In this document: positions 27,014-37,047 of the stretch, piece by piece | Layout: the number at the start of each line of letters is the position of its first letter | How positions within the stretch are numbered: position 1 is the first letter of the stretch | Assembly (NCBI GenBank): GCA_041662665.1 | Contig: JBAZSC010000001.1 | Location: forward strand, 193,511-257,510 | Direction of reading: 5' to 3' | From: Patescibacteria group bacterium | Lineage (GTDB): Bacteria > Patescibacteriota > JABMPQ01 > JAQVVF01 | Length of the DNA stretch: 64,000 nucleotides | Translations under genes and position numbers: made by a program | Notes under the pieces: model-generated | Told to the model about the DNA's origin: nothing | Seen by the model: only the letters and a program-made list of their open reading frames with translations | Database searches by the model: none

Positions 27014-28066
27014 ATGCCTTCATCACCCGAACAATATCCGCAACTAGCCGACATCAAAGAATCAGGAGAAGTAAAAAAAGCTCCTGGTTTTGAACTTGAA
27101 AAATCAAAAGAGTTAGATCAATTTGCTGCAGAAGCAAACAAGATAGCTGAAGCAATTAAAGAAGACAAACCAGTTTTGCTTGAGCAGGTTTTAGAATTAA
27201 GAGAAGCATTAGAAAAAATGGTTGAATCAGATCCAAGAATAGAAGCAAAAAGACTATTTGGTGAAGGATATATGGGACCTGAAGAAATTGAAAAACATTT
27301 TACTTTAGAAAATGGTGAAAAACTATTTGAATATACGTCTGAAGAAAAGCAAAAAATTGTTAGAATGTTGCGTGAAAAATTAGATGATCCGCAGATTAGA
27401 GATTTAATTAAGCGAACACCAAAAGAAGAATTGCGAGAAAGATTCCAGCTTTTTCTTTTTCCTGATAAATTCAAGGATGGCACGCCTGTTACAATGAAGA
27501 GTCTTTATGAAAGATTCCAGCCAGAAATGACAAGGCGAGGCTTAGGAGAATTATTTCATGGCAAAATTGACGATAACGATTGCTGGTATTATAACAAGGA
27601 AAATAAAGAACCTTTTTTTACGTCTGATTCCAACCCATTATCTTGGAAACTATTAAGCAGAGGCAATCTTAAAGGATCTGAGAATCATGATTATTTTGAA
27701 GAAACAAAATTTTTACGAGAATACTTAAGACAAAACAATTTAGCAACTGAAGATGAACTCAACGAATGTAGCGATGAGAGATTAGTAGAATTAAGGCAAC
27801 TAAATGAGCGTGATTGGAAGAAAGCGGCAAAACAATTATCAGAAATCATGATTAATAAAAACTATCGAATTAATCCTTTAGAAGCTGTTTTTATGCATTC
27901 AATCAAGGAAAGCGTGTTGATGAGCGCTAGGACAGCCAAATGTTCTTCTTCTGGTGGATATATTTACGTCGGTTTTTATGGACATGGTATAGGTATTGGT
28001 CAATCATGGAATGGGAATGATTTAACCAGAGGGATTTCGAATTTGGGCGTTGCACTTTCCTGCTAA
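27014..28066 (+). CDS. Hypothetical protein, paralogue 1; C-terminus resembles CPR DGR-target (CLec-like) proteins
   Basis: 350 aa; ends ...SSSGGYIYVG...G.....SNLGVALSC; paralogous to 28188-29249. Confidence 0.7.
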   Translation: MPSSPEQYPQLADIKESGEVKKAPGFELEKSKELDQFAAEANKIAEAIKEDKPVLLEQVLELREALEKMVESDPRIEAKRLFGEGYMGPEEIEKHFTLENGEKLFEYTSEEKQKIVRMLREKLDDPQIRDLIKRTPKEELRERFQLFLFPDKFKDGTPVTMKSLYERFQPEMTRRGLGELFHGKIDDNDCWYYNKENKEPFFTSDSNPLSWKLLSRGNLKGSENHDYFEETKFLREYLRQNNLATEDELNECSDERLVELRQLNERDWKKAAKQLSEIMINKNYRINPLEAVFMHSIKESVLMSARTAKCSSSGGYIYVGFYGHGIGIGQSWNGNDLTRGISNLGVALSC

Positions 28067-28128
28067 TTTTTTTGAAGACTAGTTGAGTTAGCTAGAAATT
28101 ATGCGTTTAAAAGTAGATAAATAATTTG

Positions 28129-28176
28129 ATGACAAAAGAACAAGCCAAAATCAGAATTGAAAAACTAAAAAAATAG
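28129..28176 (+). pseudogene. Truncated duplicate of the ligA 5' end
   Basis: MTKEQAKIRIEKLKK* versus LigA MDKQQAKIRIEKLKKE. Confidence 0.8.
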
Positions 28177-28187
28177 TATTTTAACAA

Positions 28188-29249
28188 ATGCCATCATCAC
28201 CAGAACAACAACCACAACTAACAGATATCAAAGAATCAGAAGAAGTAAAAAAAGCTCCTGGTTTTGAACTTGAAAAATCAAAAGAGTTAGATCAATTTGC
28301 TGCAGAAGCAAACAAGATAGCTGAAGCAATTGAAGAAGACAAACCAGTTTTGCTTGGTCAGGTTTTAGAATTAAGAGAAGCATTAGAAAAAATGATAGAA
28401 TCAGATCCAAGAATAGAAGCAAAGAGATTATTTGGCGAAAGCTATATGGGTCCAGATGAAATAGAAGCATATTTTACAGTTCAAGAAGAGAATGGAAGAG
28501 TTGAAAAGCTATTTGAATACACTCCAGAAGAAAGAAAAAGAATTAATCAAATGCTACGAGAAAAGTTAGATGATCCGCAAATCAAAGATTTAATCGCTAG
28601 AACTCCAAGAGAAGAATTGCGAGAAAGATTTCAGCTTTTTCTTTTTCCAGATAAATTCAAAGATGGAACACCTGTTACAATGAAAAGCTTAAACGATAAA
28701 TTTAGCGCCGAAATGGAAAAACGAGGTCGAGGATCTTTGATGTATAAACATCCAAGAGAAAAGGAATGGTATTATAATGACGATCGTAGAGAAAATTTCT
28801 TTACAACAAATTCAAATTTATTATCTTGGAAGCTACTAAGTAGGAGCACTCTTAAAGGATCTATGGGCCATGATTGTTTTGAAGAAACAAAATTTTTAAG
28901 AGAATATTTAAGACAAAACAATTTGGCAGGTGAAGACGAACTAGCTGAGTGCAGTGATGAGAGATTGACAGAATTAAAACAATTGAATGGACAAGATTGG
29001 AAAGAAGCATCAAGGCAATTATCAGAACTTAAAATAAATAAAAACTATAGAATAAATCCATTAGAAGCTATTTTCATGCACGCAATTAAACAAAGCGAAA
29101 TATATGGCAGAGCTGCTAGAACAGCCTGGCGTTCTTCTTATGGTGGAATGCTTAGCGTCGGCGAATATGGACAAGGTATGGCTATCGGCGCTGATTATGA
29201 TAATTTAGATAAAGAAATTTCCAATGTTGGTATTGTACTCTCTCTCTAG
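28188..29249 (+). CDS. Hypothetical protein, paralogue 2
   Basis: 353 aa; 91-nt block 28241-28331 identical to 27067-27157; divergent C-terminus ending SNVGIVLSL. Confidence 0.7.
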   Translation: MPSSPEQQPQLTDIKESEEVKKAPGFELEKSKELDQFAAEANKIAEAIEEDKPVLLGQVLELREALEKMIESDPRIEAKRLFGESYMGPDEIEAYFTVQEENGRVEKLFEYTPEERKRINQMLREKLDDPQIKDLIARTPREELRERFQLFLFPDKFKDGTPVTMKSLNDKFSAEMEKRGRGSLMYKHPREKEWYYNDDRRENFFTTNSNLLSWKLLSRSTLKGSMGHDCFEETKFLREYLRQNNLAGEDELAECSDERLTELKQLNGQDWKEASRQLSELKINKNYRINPLEAIFMHAIKQSEIYGRAARTAWRSSYGGMLSVGEYGQGMAIGADYDNLDKEISNVGIVLSL

Positions 29250-29269
29250 CAAAATTTAGAAACAATATT

Positions 29270-31333
29270 ATGGATAAGCAACAAGCTAAAATCAGAATTG
29301 AAAAATTAAAAAAAGAAGTTAACCATCATCGTTATCTTTATCATGTTTTAGACAAGCCAGAAATTTCTGACTCTGCTTTGGATTCTTTAAAAAATGAATT
29401 ATTTAAATTAGAACAGCAATATCCAGAATTTATAACATCAGATTCTCCAACTCAAAGAGTGGGAGGAGAAGCGCTCAAAGAATTCAAAAAAGTTAAGCAT
29501 GATGTTCGCATGCTCTCTTTTAACGATGCTTTTTCAAAAGTTGATATGCATGATTGGCAAAAGAGAATGGAGAATTATTTAAAAGAAAAAAAAGAATTTA
29601 ATTTTTATTGCGAGCCAAAAATTGATGGTTTGGCAATTTCATTAATTTATAAAAATGGTCAATTTATTTTAGGTTCAACTAGAGGTAATGGCTTTATCGG
29701 TGAAGATGTGACCATAAATTTAAAAACAATTGAAAGCATTCCTCTTAATTTAGAAAAAAAAGATCACAAAATTTATCTCAAAAATTATAATTCAACTGAA
29801 TTAAAAAAAGTTGATCAGCTTTTAGAAAAATTTAATTTAAATAGTTCAGAATTAGAAGTTCGTGGCGAAATTTACTTAGATAAGAATGATTTTGAAAAAT
29901 TAAATAAAGAACAAGAAAAAAATCATCTCCAAATTTTCGCCAATCCGAGAAATGTTGCTGCAGGTAGTATCAGGCAATTAAATCCAAAAATTACTGCCTC
30001 AAGAAAACTAAAATGTTTTGTTTATCATGTTATCACAGACTTAGGCCAAACAACTCATGAGCAAGAACATTTAATGCTTAATCGTTTAGGTTTTAGAATT
30101 AATCCTTACACTGAATTAGCAAATAACATGGAAGAAGTTTTTACATATCACGAAAAAATTGGCAAAATCAGAAATAGGCTAGAATATGAAATTGATGGTG
30201 TCGTGGCTATTATTAACGATAACAAATTGTGGCAAAAATTAGGAATTGTTGGCAAAGCACCTCGTGGTTGCATGGCTTACAAATTTCCTGGCAGAGAAGC
30301 AACAACTATTGTAGAAGATATTAAAGTTCAAGTAGGCAGAACTGGTGCCTTAACGCCAGTTGCACATTTGAAGCCAGTGCCACTTGGTGGTGTCACAATT
30401 TCGCATGCCACTTTGCATAATATGGATGAAATCAAGCGTTTAGGAATTAAAATTGGCGATACTGTTATTATTCAAAGAGCAGGCGATGTTATTCCTGATG
30501 TTGTTAAAGTTCTCACAAATTTACGGACTGGCAAAGAAAAAGAATTCCACATGCCAAGCAAATGTCCAATTTGCGGATCAAAAGTTTTTAGAAAAAAAGA
30601 AGAGGTTGCTTATTATTGTTCCAACAAAAATTGTTTTGCCTTGCAAGAGCGAGCAATCACTCATTTTGTTTCAAGAACTGCTTTTGATATTGAAGGATTA
30701 GGTCCAAAAATAATTGAGCAATTAATCAGCAATGATTTAATTGATAATGCTTCAGATTTATTCACTTTAAAAATTGATGATTTAAAACCATTAGAAAGAT
30801 TTGCTGAAAAATCAGCGACCAACATAATCAATTCAATCAACAAAGCAAAAGATGTTACTCTAGCAAAATTTATTTATGCTTTAGGCATTCGTCATGTTGG
30901 CGAAGAAACTGCATTTGACCTTGCTAATCATTTTGGCAATTTAGAAAATCTAGAAAAAGCGTCACTTTCAGAATTAGAAAAAATTAGAGATATTGGAGGC
31001 GTTGTTGCAAAAAGCATTCATGAATATTTTCAAAATCAGAAAAACCTTGACTTTGTTCATAATTTAATAAAAAATGGCATAAGGATCCAAAAACAAAAGC
31101 AAATCGCTCAAAAATTAGCTGGCAAAACTTTTGTTTTAACAGGAACGCTTGAAAAATATTCCAGAGACGAGGCTAAGAAAAAAATCCGTGATTTAGGCGG
31201 AGACGTGTCATCATCTGTTAGCTCCGAAACTAATTATGTTGTTGCAGGTTCTGAGCCAGGTTCCAAATATGACAAAGCCAAGGCGCTCAAAATTAAGATT
31301 CTTAATGAAAAAGAGTTCCTCGATTTAATTTAA
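29270..31333 (+). CDS. ligA: NAD-dependent DNA ligase
   Basis: EPKIDG, EVRGE, NPRN, VGRTG, zinc finger, HhH motifs, BRCT. Confidence 0.97.
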   Translation: MDKQQAKIRIEKLKKEVNHHRYLYHVLDKPEISDSALDSLKNELFKLEQQYPEFITSDSPTQRVGGEALKEFKKVKHDVRMLSFNDAFSKVDMHDWQKRMENYLKEKKEFNFYCEPKIDGLAISLIYKNGQFILGSTRGNGFIGEDVTINLKTIESIPLNLEKKDHKIYLKNYNSTELKKVDQLLEKFNLNSSELEVRGEIYLDKNDFEKLNKEQEKNHLQIFANPRNVAAGSIRQLNPKITASRKLKCFVYHVITDLGQTTHEQEHLMLNRLGFRINPYTELANNMEEVFTYHEKIGKIRNRLEYEIDGVVAIINDNKLWQKLGIVGKAPRGCMAYKFPGREATTIVEDIKVQVGRTGALTPVAHLKPVPLGGVTISHATLHNMDEIKRLGIKIGDTVIIQRAGDVIPDVVKVLTNLRTGKEKEFHMPSKCPICGSKVFRKKEEVAYYCSNKNCFALQERAITHFVSRTAFDIEGLGPKIIEQLISNDLIDNASDLFTLKIDDLKPLERFAEKSATNIINSINKAKDVTLAKFIYALGIRHVGEETAFDLANHFGNLENLEKASLSELEKIRDIGGVVAKSIHEYFQNQKNLDFVHNLIKNGIRIQKQKQIAQKLAGKTFVLTGTLEKYSRDEAKKKIRDLGGDVSSSVSSETNYVVAGSEPGSKYDKAKALKIKILNEKEFLDLI

Positions 31334-31351
31334 TTACAAAATTATTCACGC

Positions 31352-31429
31352 AGTTCATAAAGTCTTTAAAGTTATAAAGTTCGTAAAGTCGACTTTAAAA
31401 ACTTTATAACTTTAAGAACTTTATAAACT
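31352..31429. repeat. Empty palindromic element of the AACTTTAT family
   Basis: Two 39-nt arms, 34/39 complementary, joined without a loop at GTC|GAC. Confidence 0.92.
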
Positions 31430-31435
31430 AAACTT

Positions 31436-31726
31436 ATGTCAGACATTATAACCAAATCCGAAGTCGAAAAAGTTGCAAAATTAGCTCGCATTAAAATTAC
31501 TGAACAAGAAAAAGAAAAATTTGCCAAGCAATTGACTGGTATTTTAGATTACGTTAATCAATTATCAGAAGTTAATACTGACAATGTAAAACCAACAGCT
31601 CAAGTTACTGAATTAAAAAACGTTATGCGACCAGATGAAATCAAGTCTTTCGAAAATCCTGCTGAGCTAGTTGAAAGTGCGCCTGAAAGTAGAGATAGGC
31701 AAGTCAAGGTAAAGAGCATTTTATAA
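31436..31726 (+). CDS. gatC: Asp/Glu-tRNA amidotransferase subunit C
   Basis: VAKLARI, ILDYVNQLSEVNT, NVMRPD; upstream of gatA. Confidence 0.92.
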   Translation: MSDIITKSEVEKVAKLARIKITEQEKEKFAKQLTGILDYVNQLSEVNTDNVKPTAQVTELKNVMRPDEIKSFENPAELVESAPESRDRQVKVKSIL

Positions 31727-31728
31727 AA

Positions 31729-31843
31729 TTCCAAATTACAAAACCCAAATTTCAAACAAATCCCAAATTACAAATTCCAAAAGACGACGGTTTGTAATTT
31801 GTATATTGAAATTTGTTTGGGATTTGGAATTTGTTATTTATAA
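31729..31843. repeat. Empty palindromic heptamer element (TTCCAAA / TTTGGAA)
   Basis: 4x7 + CAAA + 3x7, centre AGACGACGG, 3x7 + TTTG + 4x7. Confidence 0.9.
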
Positions 31844-31854
31844 TCTATCAAATT

Positions 31855-33267
31855 ATGTTAAACAAACTCAACTTAACCGATTTATCCGCCAAATTACAAC
31901 GCAAAGAAATTTCTTCATCTGAATTAGTTTCTGATTGCTTAAAAGAAATAAAAGAGCAAGATTCAAAAATTGGCGCCTTTTTGGAAGTCTTTGAAGAAGA
32001 TGCAATTAACCAAGCCAAAGAAATTGACAAAAAAGAAAAGCTTGGTCCATTAGAAGGTATTCCAATTGCCATTAAAGATGTTCTGCTAGTTAAAGGCAAA
32101 AAAAGTACCAGCGGTTCAAGAATATTGGAAAATTATATTGCTTCATATGATGCAACAGCAGTTGCCAAATTAAAACAAGCTGGCATGATTATTATGGGCA
32201 AAACTAACTGCGATGAATTTGCCATGGGTTCATCAACCGAAACTTCAGCTTTTCAAAAAACCAGAAATCCAGTTAATTTAGAATATGTTCCAGGCGGTTC
32301 ATCAGGTGGATCTTGTGCAGCAGTTGCCGCCAACTTTTTGCCAGTTGCTTTAGGTACAGATACAGGCGGATCAATTCGCCAGCCAGCAGCTTTTTGCGGA
32401 GTTTACGGTCTAAAACCAACTTATGGCAGAGTAAGCCGATATGGATTATCAGCTTTAGGATCAAGCTTTGATTCTGTCGGTCCATTTGCAAGATCAGCTG
32501 AAGATTTGGCCTGGATTTTTTCAACAATTGCCGGAAACGATCCCAAAGATTCCACATCTTCAAAACTTGAAACTCAAGAATTAATTAATCAAACATTTCC
32601 AGTAATCAAAGGCTTAAAAATTGGTTTGCCAAAAGAATGTTTTGGAGAAGGAGTAAATACGGAAGTTAAAGAAAAAGTTGAATTAGCAATAAAAAAATTA
32701 GAAAAACTTGGCGCCAAAATTCAAGAGGTTAGTCTTCCTCATTCAAAATATGCCTTAGCTGTTTATTATGTTTTATTACCAGCCGAAGCATCAGCTAATT
32801 TAGCTCGCTTTGATGGAGTTCGCTATGGCTATTCTTCTAAATCAAATGATTTGCTTTTAAATTATTTAGAATCAAGAGCTCAAGGTTTTGGCGATGAAGT
32901 GAAAAGAAGAATAATGATTGGCACTTATATTTTATCAGCTGGCTATTATGACGCTTATTACAAAAAAGCACAAAAAGTCAGAACAAAAGTTATTGAAGAT
33001 TACAAAAAAGTTTTTGAACAAGTTGATTTATTGGCAACACCAACAACTCCAACAACTGCTTTCAAATTTGGTGAAAATTCAGATGATCCAGTTGCGATGT
33101 ACATGAACGATATTTTGACAGTTTCAGCTAACGTTGCTGGTGTACCTGCAATTTCCATTCCATGTGGTTTTGACAGCAAAAAATTGCCAATTGGTTTGCA
33201 ATTAATTGCTAATCATTTCGAAGAAACAAAATTATTACAAGCTGCCAAGGCTTTTGAAACATTATAG
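31855..33267 (+). CDS. gatA: Asp/Glu-tRNA amidotransferase subunit A
   Basis: [33 protein letters not shown]; ATG at 31855. Confidence 0.95.
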   Translation: MLNKLNLTDLSAKLQRKEISSSELVSDCLKEIKEQDSKIGAFLEVFEEDAINQAKEIDKKEKLGPLEGIPIAIKDVLLVKGKKSTSGSRILENYIASYDATAVAKLKQAGMIIMGKTNCDEFAMGSSTETSAFQKTRNPVNLEYVPGGSSGGSCAAVAANFLPVALGTDTGGSIRQPAAFCGVYGLKPTYGRVSRYGLSALGSSFDSVGPFARSAEDLAWIFSTIAGNDPKDSTSSKLETQELINQTFPVIKGLKIGLPKECFGEGVNTEVKEKVELAIKKLEKLGAKIQEVSLPHSKYALAVYYVLLPAEASANLARFDGVRYGYSSKSNDLLLNYLESRAQGFGDEVKRRIMIGTYILSAGYYDAYYKKAQKVRTKVIEDYKKVFEQVDLLATPTTPTTAFKFGENSDDPVAMYMNDILTVSANVAGVPAISIPCGFDSKKLPIGLQLIANHFEETKLLQAAKAFETL

Positions 33268-33270
33268 AGT

Positions 33271-33378
33271 TGAATCATGAATAAAGAATTATGAATTACG
33301 ATTTAGTTAATATTCAAATTATCTATAATCATAATTCGCAATTTTAACATAATTCATTATTCATAATTCTTGATTCTT
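33271..33378. repeat. Empty palindromic element of the GAATTAT family
   Basis: gaatcat gaataaa gaattat gaattac ... ataattc attattc ataattc ttgattc. Confidence 0.8.
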
Positions 33379-33447
33379 ATAAAATTTCAGCTAAATTTCA
33401 GAAACAAACTTTATACTATTATTGTTATTAATCTAATTTCCGAAAAT

Positions 33448-34776
33448 ATGTTAAGTAATACTAATTTAGAACAAAACATCAAAACAGAAGAAAAAGTAAG
33501 CAATGTTTCAAAAGTCAATTTTCCAACTCAAGAAAAAAAAGTTAAATCCAAAAAGAATTTAGGAATTTTGAAAGTTGTAATTATTTGTGTTGTCGTCAGT
33601 TTTATCGTTTCAACAATTGCTGGTTTTGCCTCTAGTGGTTTAGGCAATGTTATTGTCCAAAGTTTGAGCAATCGAAAATTAACAATTCCTGACAAAATAA
33701 TTACTGTCAAAGAAGAATCTCAAACAATTGATGTTGCCAAAAAAGTCCAGCCTTCAGTTGTTTCAATTGTTGTTTCCAAAGACCTGCAAAAATTATATCA
33801 ATACGATTCATCTCCTTTTCAAAACGATCCATTTTTTAAAGATTTTTTTCAAGATTCTGGTTTGAATGAGCAACAGCAACAAAATCAAAATCAACAAAAT
33901 GGCCAGCAAGAAATTGGCGGAGGTACTGGTTTCGTTATTTCTTCAGATGGCGTTATCTTAACTAATCGCCATGTTGTCTCAGATCAAGAGGCAAGTTATA
34001 CTGTTGTCACCAATGACAATAAAAAATATGATGCCAAAATTCAAGCTATTGATCCAACTAATGATGTTGCAGTTTTAAAAATTGATGCTAATAATTTAAC
34101 TCCAGTTGAGCTTGGCAACTCTGATGCTTTGCAAATTGGCCAAGACGTTATTGCAATCGGTAATGCGATGGGTGAATATCATAATACTGTTACTAAAGGC
34201 GTTGTTTCAGGCCTTGGTCGAGCAATTACTGCTGGCGATCAATACAGCCAAGCAGTAGAAAGCTTAGACAATATTATTCAAACTGATGCTGCAATTAATC
34301 CTGGCAATTCTGGCGGACCATTACTTAATATCGATGGCCAAGTTGTTGGTATTAATACAGCGATGGATTATTCAGGACAATCAATTGGTTTTGCGATTCC
34401 AATTAATGATGCCAAGACAGATATTGATTCAGTAAAAAAAGATGGCAAAATCTCCAAGCCATTTTTGGGAGTTCGCTATCAAATTATTAACAAAAGTTTA
34501 GCAACAAAAAATAATTTGAAATATGAATATGGCGCTCTAGTTTTACGAGGTACGAGCCAAGATGAAGTTGCTATTGCTCCAGGCAGTCCAGCAGACAAGG
34601 CAGGTTTAGTTGAAAATGATATTATCTTAGAGCTTAATGGTACCAAAATTGATTCTAATAATACTTTGGCGAAATTAATTGCCAAATATAAGATAGGTGA
34701 TGAAGTTACATTAAAAATTTCACATAAAGGCGAGGAAAAAGAGGTTAAGCTAAAATTAGAAGAACGAAAAAGCTAA
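33448..34776 (+). CDS. htrA: HtrA/DegP family serine protease with PDZ domain
   Basis: TNRHVV, DVAVLK, IQTDAAINPGNSGGPL, C-terminal PDZ; ATG at 33448. Confidence 0.93.
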   Translation: MLSNTNLEQNIKTEEKVSNVSKVNFPTQEKKVKSKKNLGILKVVIICVVVSFIVSTIAGFASSGLGNVIVQSLSNRKLTIPDKIITVKEESQTIDVAKKVQPSVVSIVVSKDLQKLYQYDSSPFQNDPFFKDFFQDSGLNEQQQQNQNQQNGQQEIGGGTGFVISSDGVILTNRHVVSDQEASYTVVTNDNKKYDAKIQAIDPTNDVAVLKIDANNLTPVELGNSDALQIGQDVIAIGNAMGEYHNTVTKGVVSGLGRAITAGDQYSQAVESLDNIIQTDAAINPGNSGGPLLNIDGQVVGINTAMDYSGQSIGFAIPINDAKTDIDSVKKDGKISKPFLGVRYQIINKSLATKNNLKYEYGALVLRGTSQDEVAIAPGSPADKAGLVENDIILELNGTKIDSNNTLAKLIAKYKIGDEVTLKISHKGEEKEVKLKLEERKS

Positions 34777-34781
34777 ATAAT

Positions 34782-34820
34782 ATAAAATTAATTTTAAAAG
34801 CACTTAACAAGTGCTTTTTT
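34782..34820 (+). terminator. Intrinsic terminator, copy 1 of a 39-bp direct repeat
   Basis: aaaagcactt-aac-aagtgctttttt; identical to 36900-36938. Confidence 0.85.
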
Positions 34821-34869
34821 TATTTTTAAAATCATGTTATATTATATTTACTATAAAAAAATTTAATTA

Positions 34870-34911
34870 AAACAAAATGGAAACAAAATGGAAACAAAAT
34901 GGAAACAAAAT
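34870..34911 (+). repeat. Perfect 11-bp tandem repeat AAACAAAATGG x3.8 containing the start codon
   Basis: Units start at 34870, 34881, 34892 and 34903 (partial). Confidence 0.9.
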
Positions 34912-36895
34912 TTGCGTTGTCTTTTTTAGTATTCTTTTTGCGTGTTTAATCTTTGGTTTTGCAAAGGCAGAAACTTATACTTGGGAACAATCAAATATTG
35001 ATACTTCAGTAACAAATGTTACGTCTGTCGTTTCAAATGAAGGAATCATTTATGTTTCCACAAGTAGCGCAAAAGTATATAAATCATCTGACGGCACAAT
35101 TTGGACCCAAATAAATAATAATTATTTTGATGATCAAAATAATAACAATACTTTAAATTCGCTTTATATATTCAATAATTATTTATACGCTTCAACATCG
35201 GTCAAGACTCCAGTTGGCCCTGGCTACTCAGCTGAAGTTCAAAGATGTCCAATATCAACTTGTAATTCTCAATCGGATTGGGAAACTGTCGTTGATTCAA
35301 CTCATGGAATTCCAGTTGGCAGTAATTATATCCGCGCAATTAATTCAATATACTCGAAAGATAATTATTTATATATTGGCTATCTTTATTATACAACCGT
35401 ACTTGATTCTTATACTTTAAGAATATCGAGATCTCTTGATGGATCAACATGGTCAACTATTTTAACTGGAGATGCTAGTAGTACAAGCGCATCTGTTGCA
35501 GTAATGGCAACGTTTAACAGCCAGCTTTATACTGGTGAAGGATATTTTGGTACTGGAACGACAAGCAGTGTTTATTCTTGCACTCTTTGCGATGGAACTG
35601 ATTGGGTAGGATCAAACACTGATGGTTTCGGAGACTCAAATAATAGGACTGTTAAGTCTTTAGCAGTTTTCAATAACGAACTTTATGCGGGAACAGAGAA
35701 ATCTTCTGGAAATGCTGAATTATGGAAAACATCGGATGGATCTGCTTGGACGCAAGTTGGCAGTGATGGATTTGGTGATTCAACCACGCAAGGTTTTTAT
35801 TCTTTAATGAATTATCAAGATCATTTTTATTTAGGAACTTATGGAACTACTTCAAATGCCAAAGTTTGGGCAACAACAAATGGCACTGATTGGGAACAAA
35901 AAAATAGCGATGGTTTTGGAAGCAGTGTTTCAAATGTAACTGGATTTGCTACAGTTGATGGTTATCTTTATGCCGCAACTGGAGGATTGACATCTAAAGC
36001 TCAATCATATAGAACTGATCTTCGTCCCACACTAGTTCCAGGAAGTGTAGTCGCATCACAGATTATGGATAATTCTGGGCAAGTCTCTGTCGCATTTCAA
36101 GTTGAAGATCCAGATCATAATACCATGAAAGCAAAAGTTGAGTATTCAGTTGATAATGGCTCAACATGGTCAGATCAGATGACTTTCTCAAATCCTTCAG
36201 CAACTTTTGGTACGCCAACAATCGATAGCAGTGATGAATATAGAATACAAAATATTTCCACTTCGCAAGGCACTAATGATGTCCATCTAACTTGGAATGC
36301 TAATACTGATTTACCAAATGCAAATATTAGCAGCGTTTTGGTCAGAGTAACTGGCAATGATGGTGTAACAAGTACAGAGACAGTAAATTCTAGCGCTTTT
36401 AGTTTAGTTCTTGATCGTATTATTTTGTCTTCAAGCATGAATGGTCAAACACTTTCTATTTGTAATTTAAAATTTTTCTTCAAGAAATTACCAGCAAAGT
36501 TAAAAAAAAACAATGCATATTATTTAAAATGTGATAAATTTAAAAAGTATCCGCCTAAATTTAAAAAAGCTAAAAAAATGGCGTTGAAAAAGTATTGGAA
36601 AATTACAACTAACTTAAATAAATATAAAGCCAAAACCACTGAACAAAAATTCAAAATAAAGATCACGTATAAATATACAACAAAACAATTTAAAAATTTG
36701 AAAAAGAGAAACAAATTAGCCAAAGAAAAAAATCTTGAGCTTTTTGTTAGAGATAAAACTAAAAAATGGAAAGAAATTAAAGAAATATGGAAAAATGCCA
36801 AGTTAAAACATAATCTTAAGAAAAATAATTTTTCTGTAACTTATTTCAAAAAATTTCCGCAAAAAAAGTTTTTATTTAGTATTGGTTTAAAATAA
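34877..36895 (+). CDS. Secreted beta-propeller (BNR/Asp-box-like) surface protein with Lys-rich C-terminal domain
   Basis: Signal peptide; SxDGxxW repeats and (F/Y)NN.LY.G blades; last ~150 aa extremely basic. Confidence 0.8.
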   Translation: METKWKQNGNKICVVFFSILFACLIFGFAKAETYTWEQSNIDTSVTNVTSVVSNEGIIYVSTSSAKVYKSSDGTIWTQINNNYFDDQNNNNTLNSLYIFNNYLYASTSVKTPVGPGYSAEVQRCPISTCNSQSDWETVVDSTHGIPVGSNYIRAINSIYSKDNYLYIGYLYYTTVLDSYTLRISRSLDGSTWSTILTGDASSTSASVAVMATFNSQLYTGEGYFGTGTTSSVYSCTLCDGTDWVGSNTDGFGDSNNRTVKSLAVFNNELYAGTEKSSGNAELWKTSDGSAWTQVGSDGFGDSTTQGFYSLMNYQDHFYLGTYGTTSNAKVWATTNGTDWEQKNSDGFGSSVSNVTGFATVDGYLYAATGGLTSKAQSYRTDLRPTLVPGSVVASQIMDNSGQVSVAFQVEDPDHNTMKAKVEYSVDNGSTWSDQMTFSNPSATFGTPTIDSSDEYRIQNISTSQGTNDVHLTWNANTDLPNANISSVLVRVTGNDGVTSTETVNSSAFSLVLDRIILSSSMNGQTLSICNLKFFFKKLPAKLKKNNAYYLKCDKFKKYPPKFKKAKKMALKKYWKITTNLNKYKAKTTEQKFKIKITYKYTTKQFKNLKKRNKLAKEKNLELFVRDKTKKWKEIKEIWKNAKLKHNLKKNNFSVTYFKKFPQKKFLFSIGLK

Positions 36896-36899
36896 TTAA

Positions 36900-36938
36900 A
36901 TAAAATTAATTTTAAAAGCACTTAACAAGTGCTTTTTT
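36900..36938 (+). terminator. Intrinsic terminator, copy 2 of the 39-bp direct repeat
   Basis: Identical to 34782-34820. Confidence 0.85.
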
Positions 36939-37047
36939 CTTTTCAAAAGTATTATTTTGTTGTAAGATAATATAAAGTAAATATAATTGTGATAGGTATA
37001 ATTTCCTAGTTACTAGTTACTTTTTTACTAATTACTAAGTTTTTATC

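Noticed and set aside
29750-29850. About 30-aa insertion in the LigA adenylation domain as an intein or element
   Set aside because: Too short, lacks intein terminal motifs and DNA periodicity, and lies in a variable loop.
33868-33910. Gln-rich tract in HtrA
   Set aside because: Mixed codons in a normally variable loop; ordinary low complexity.
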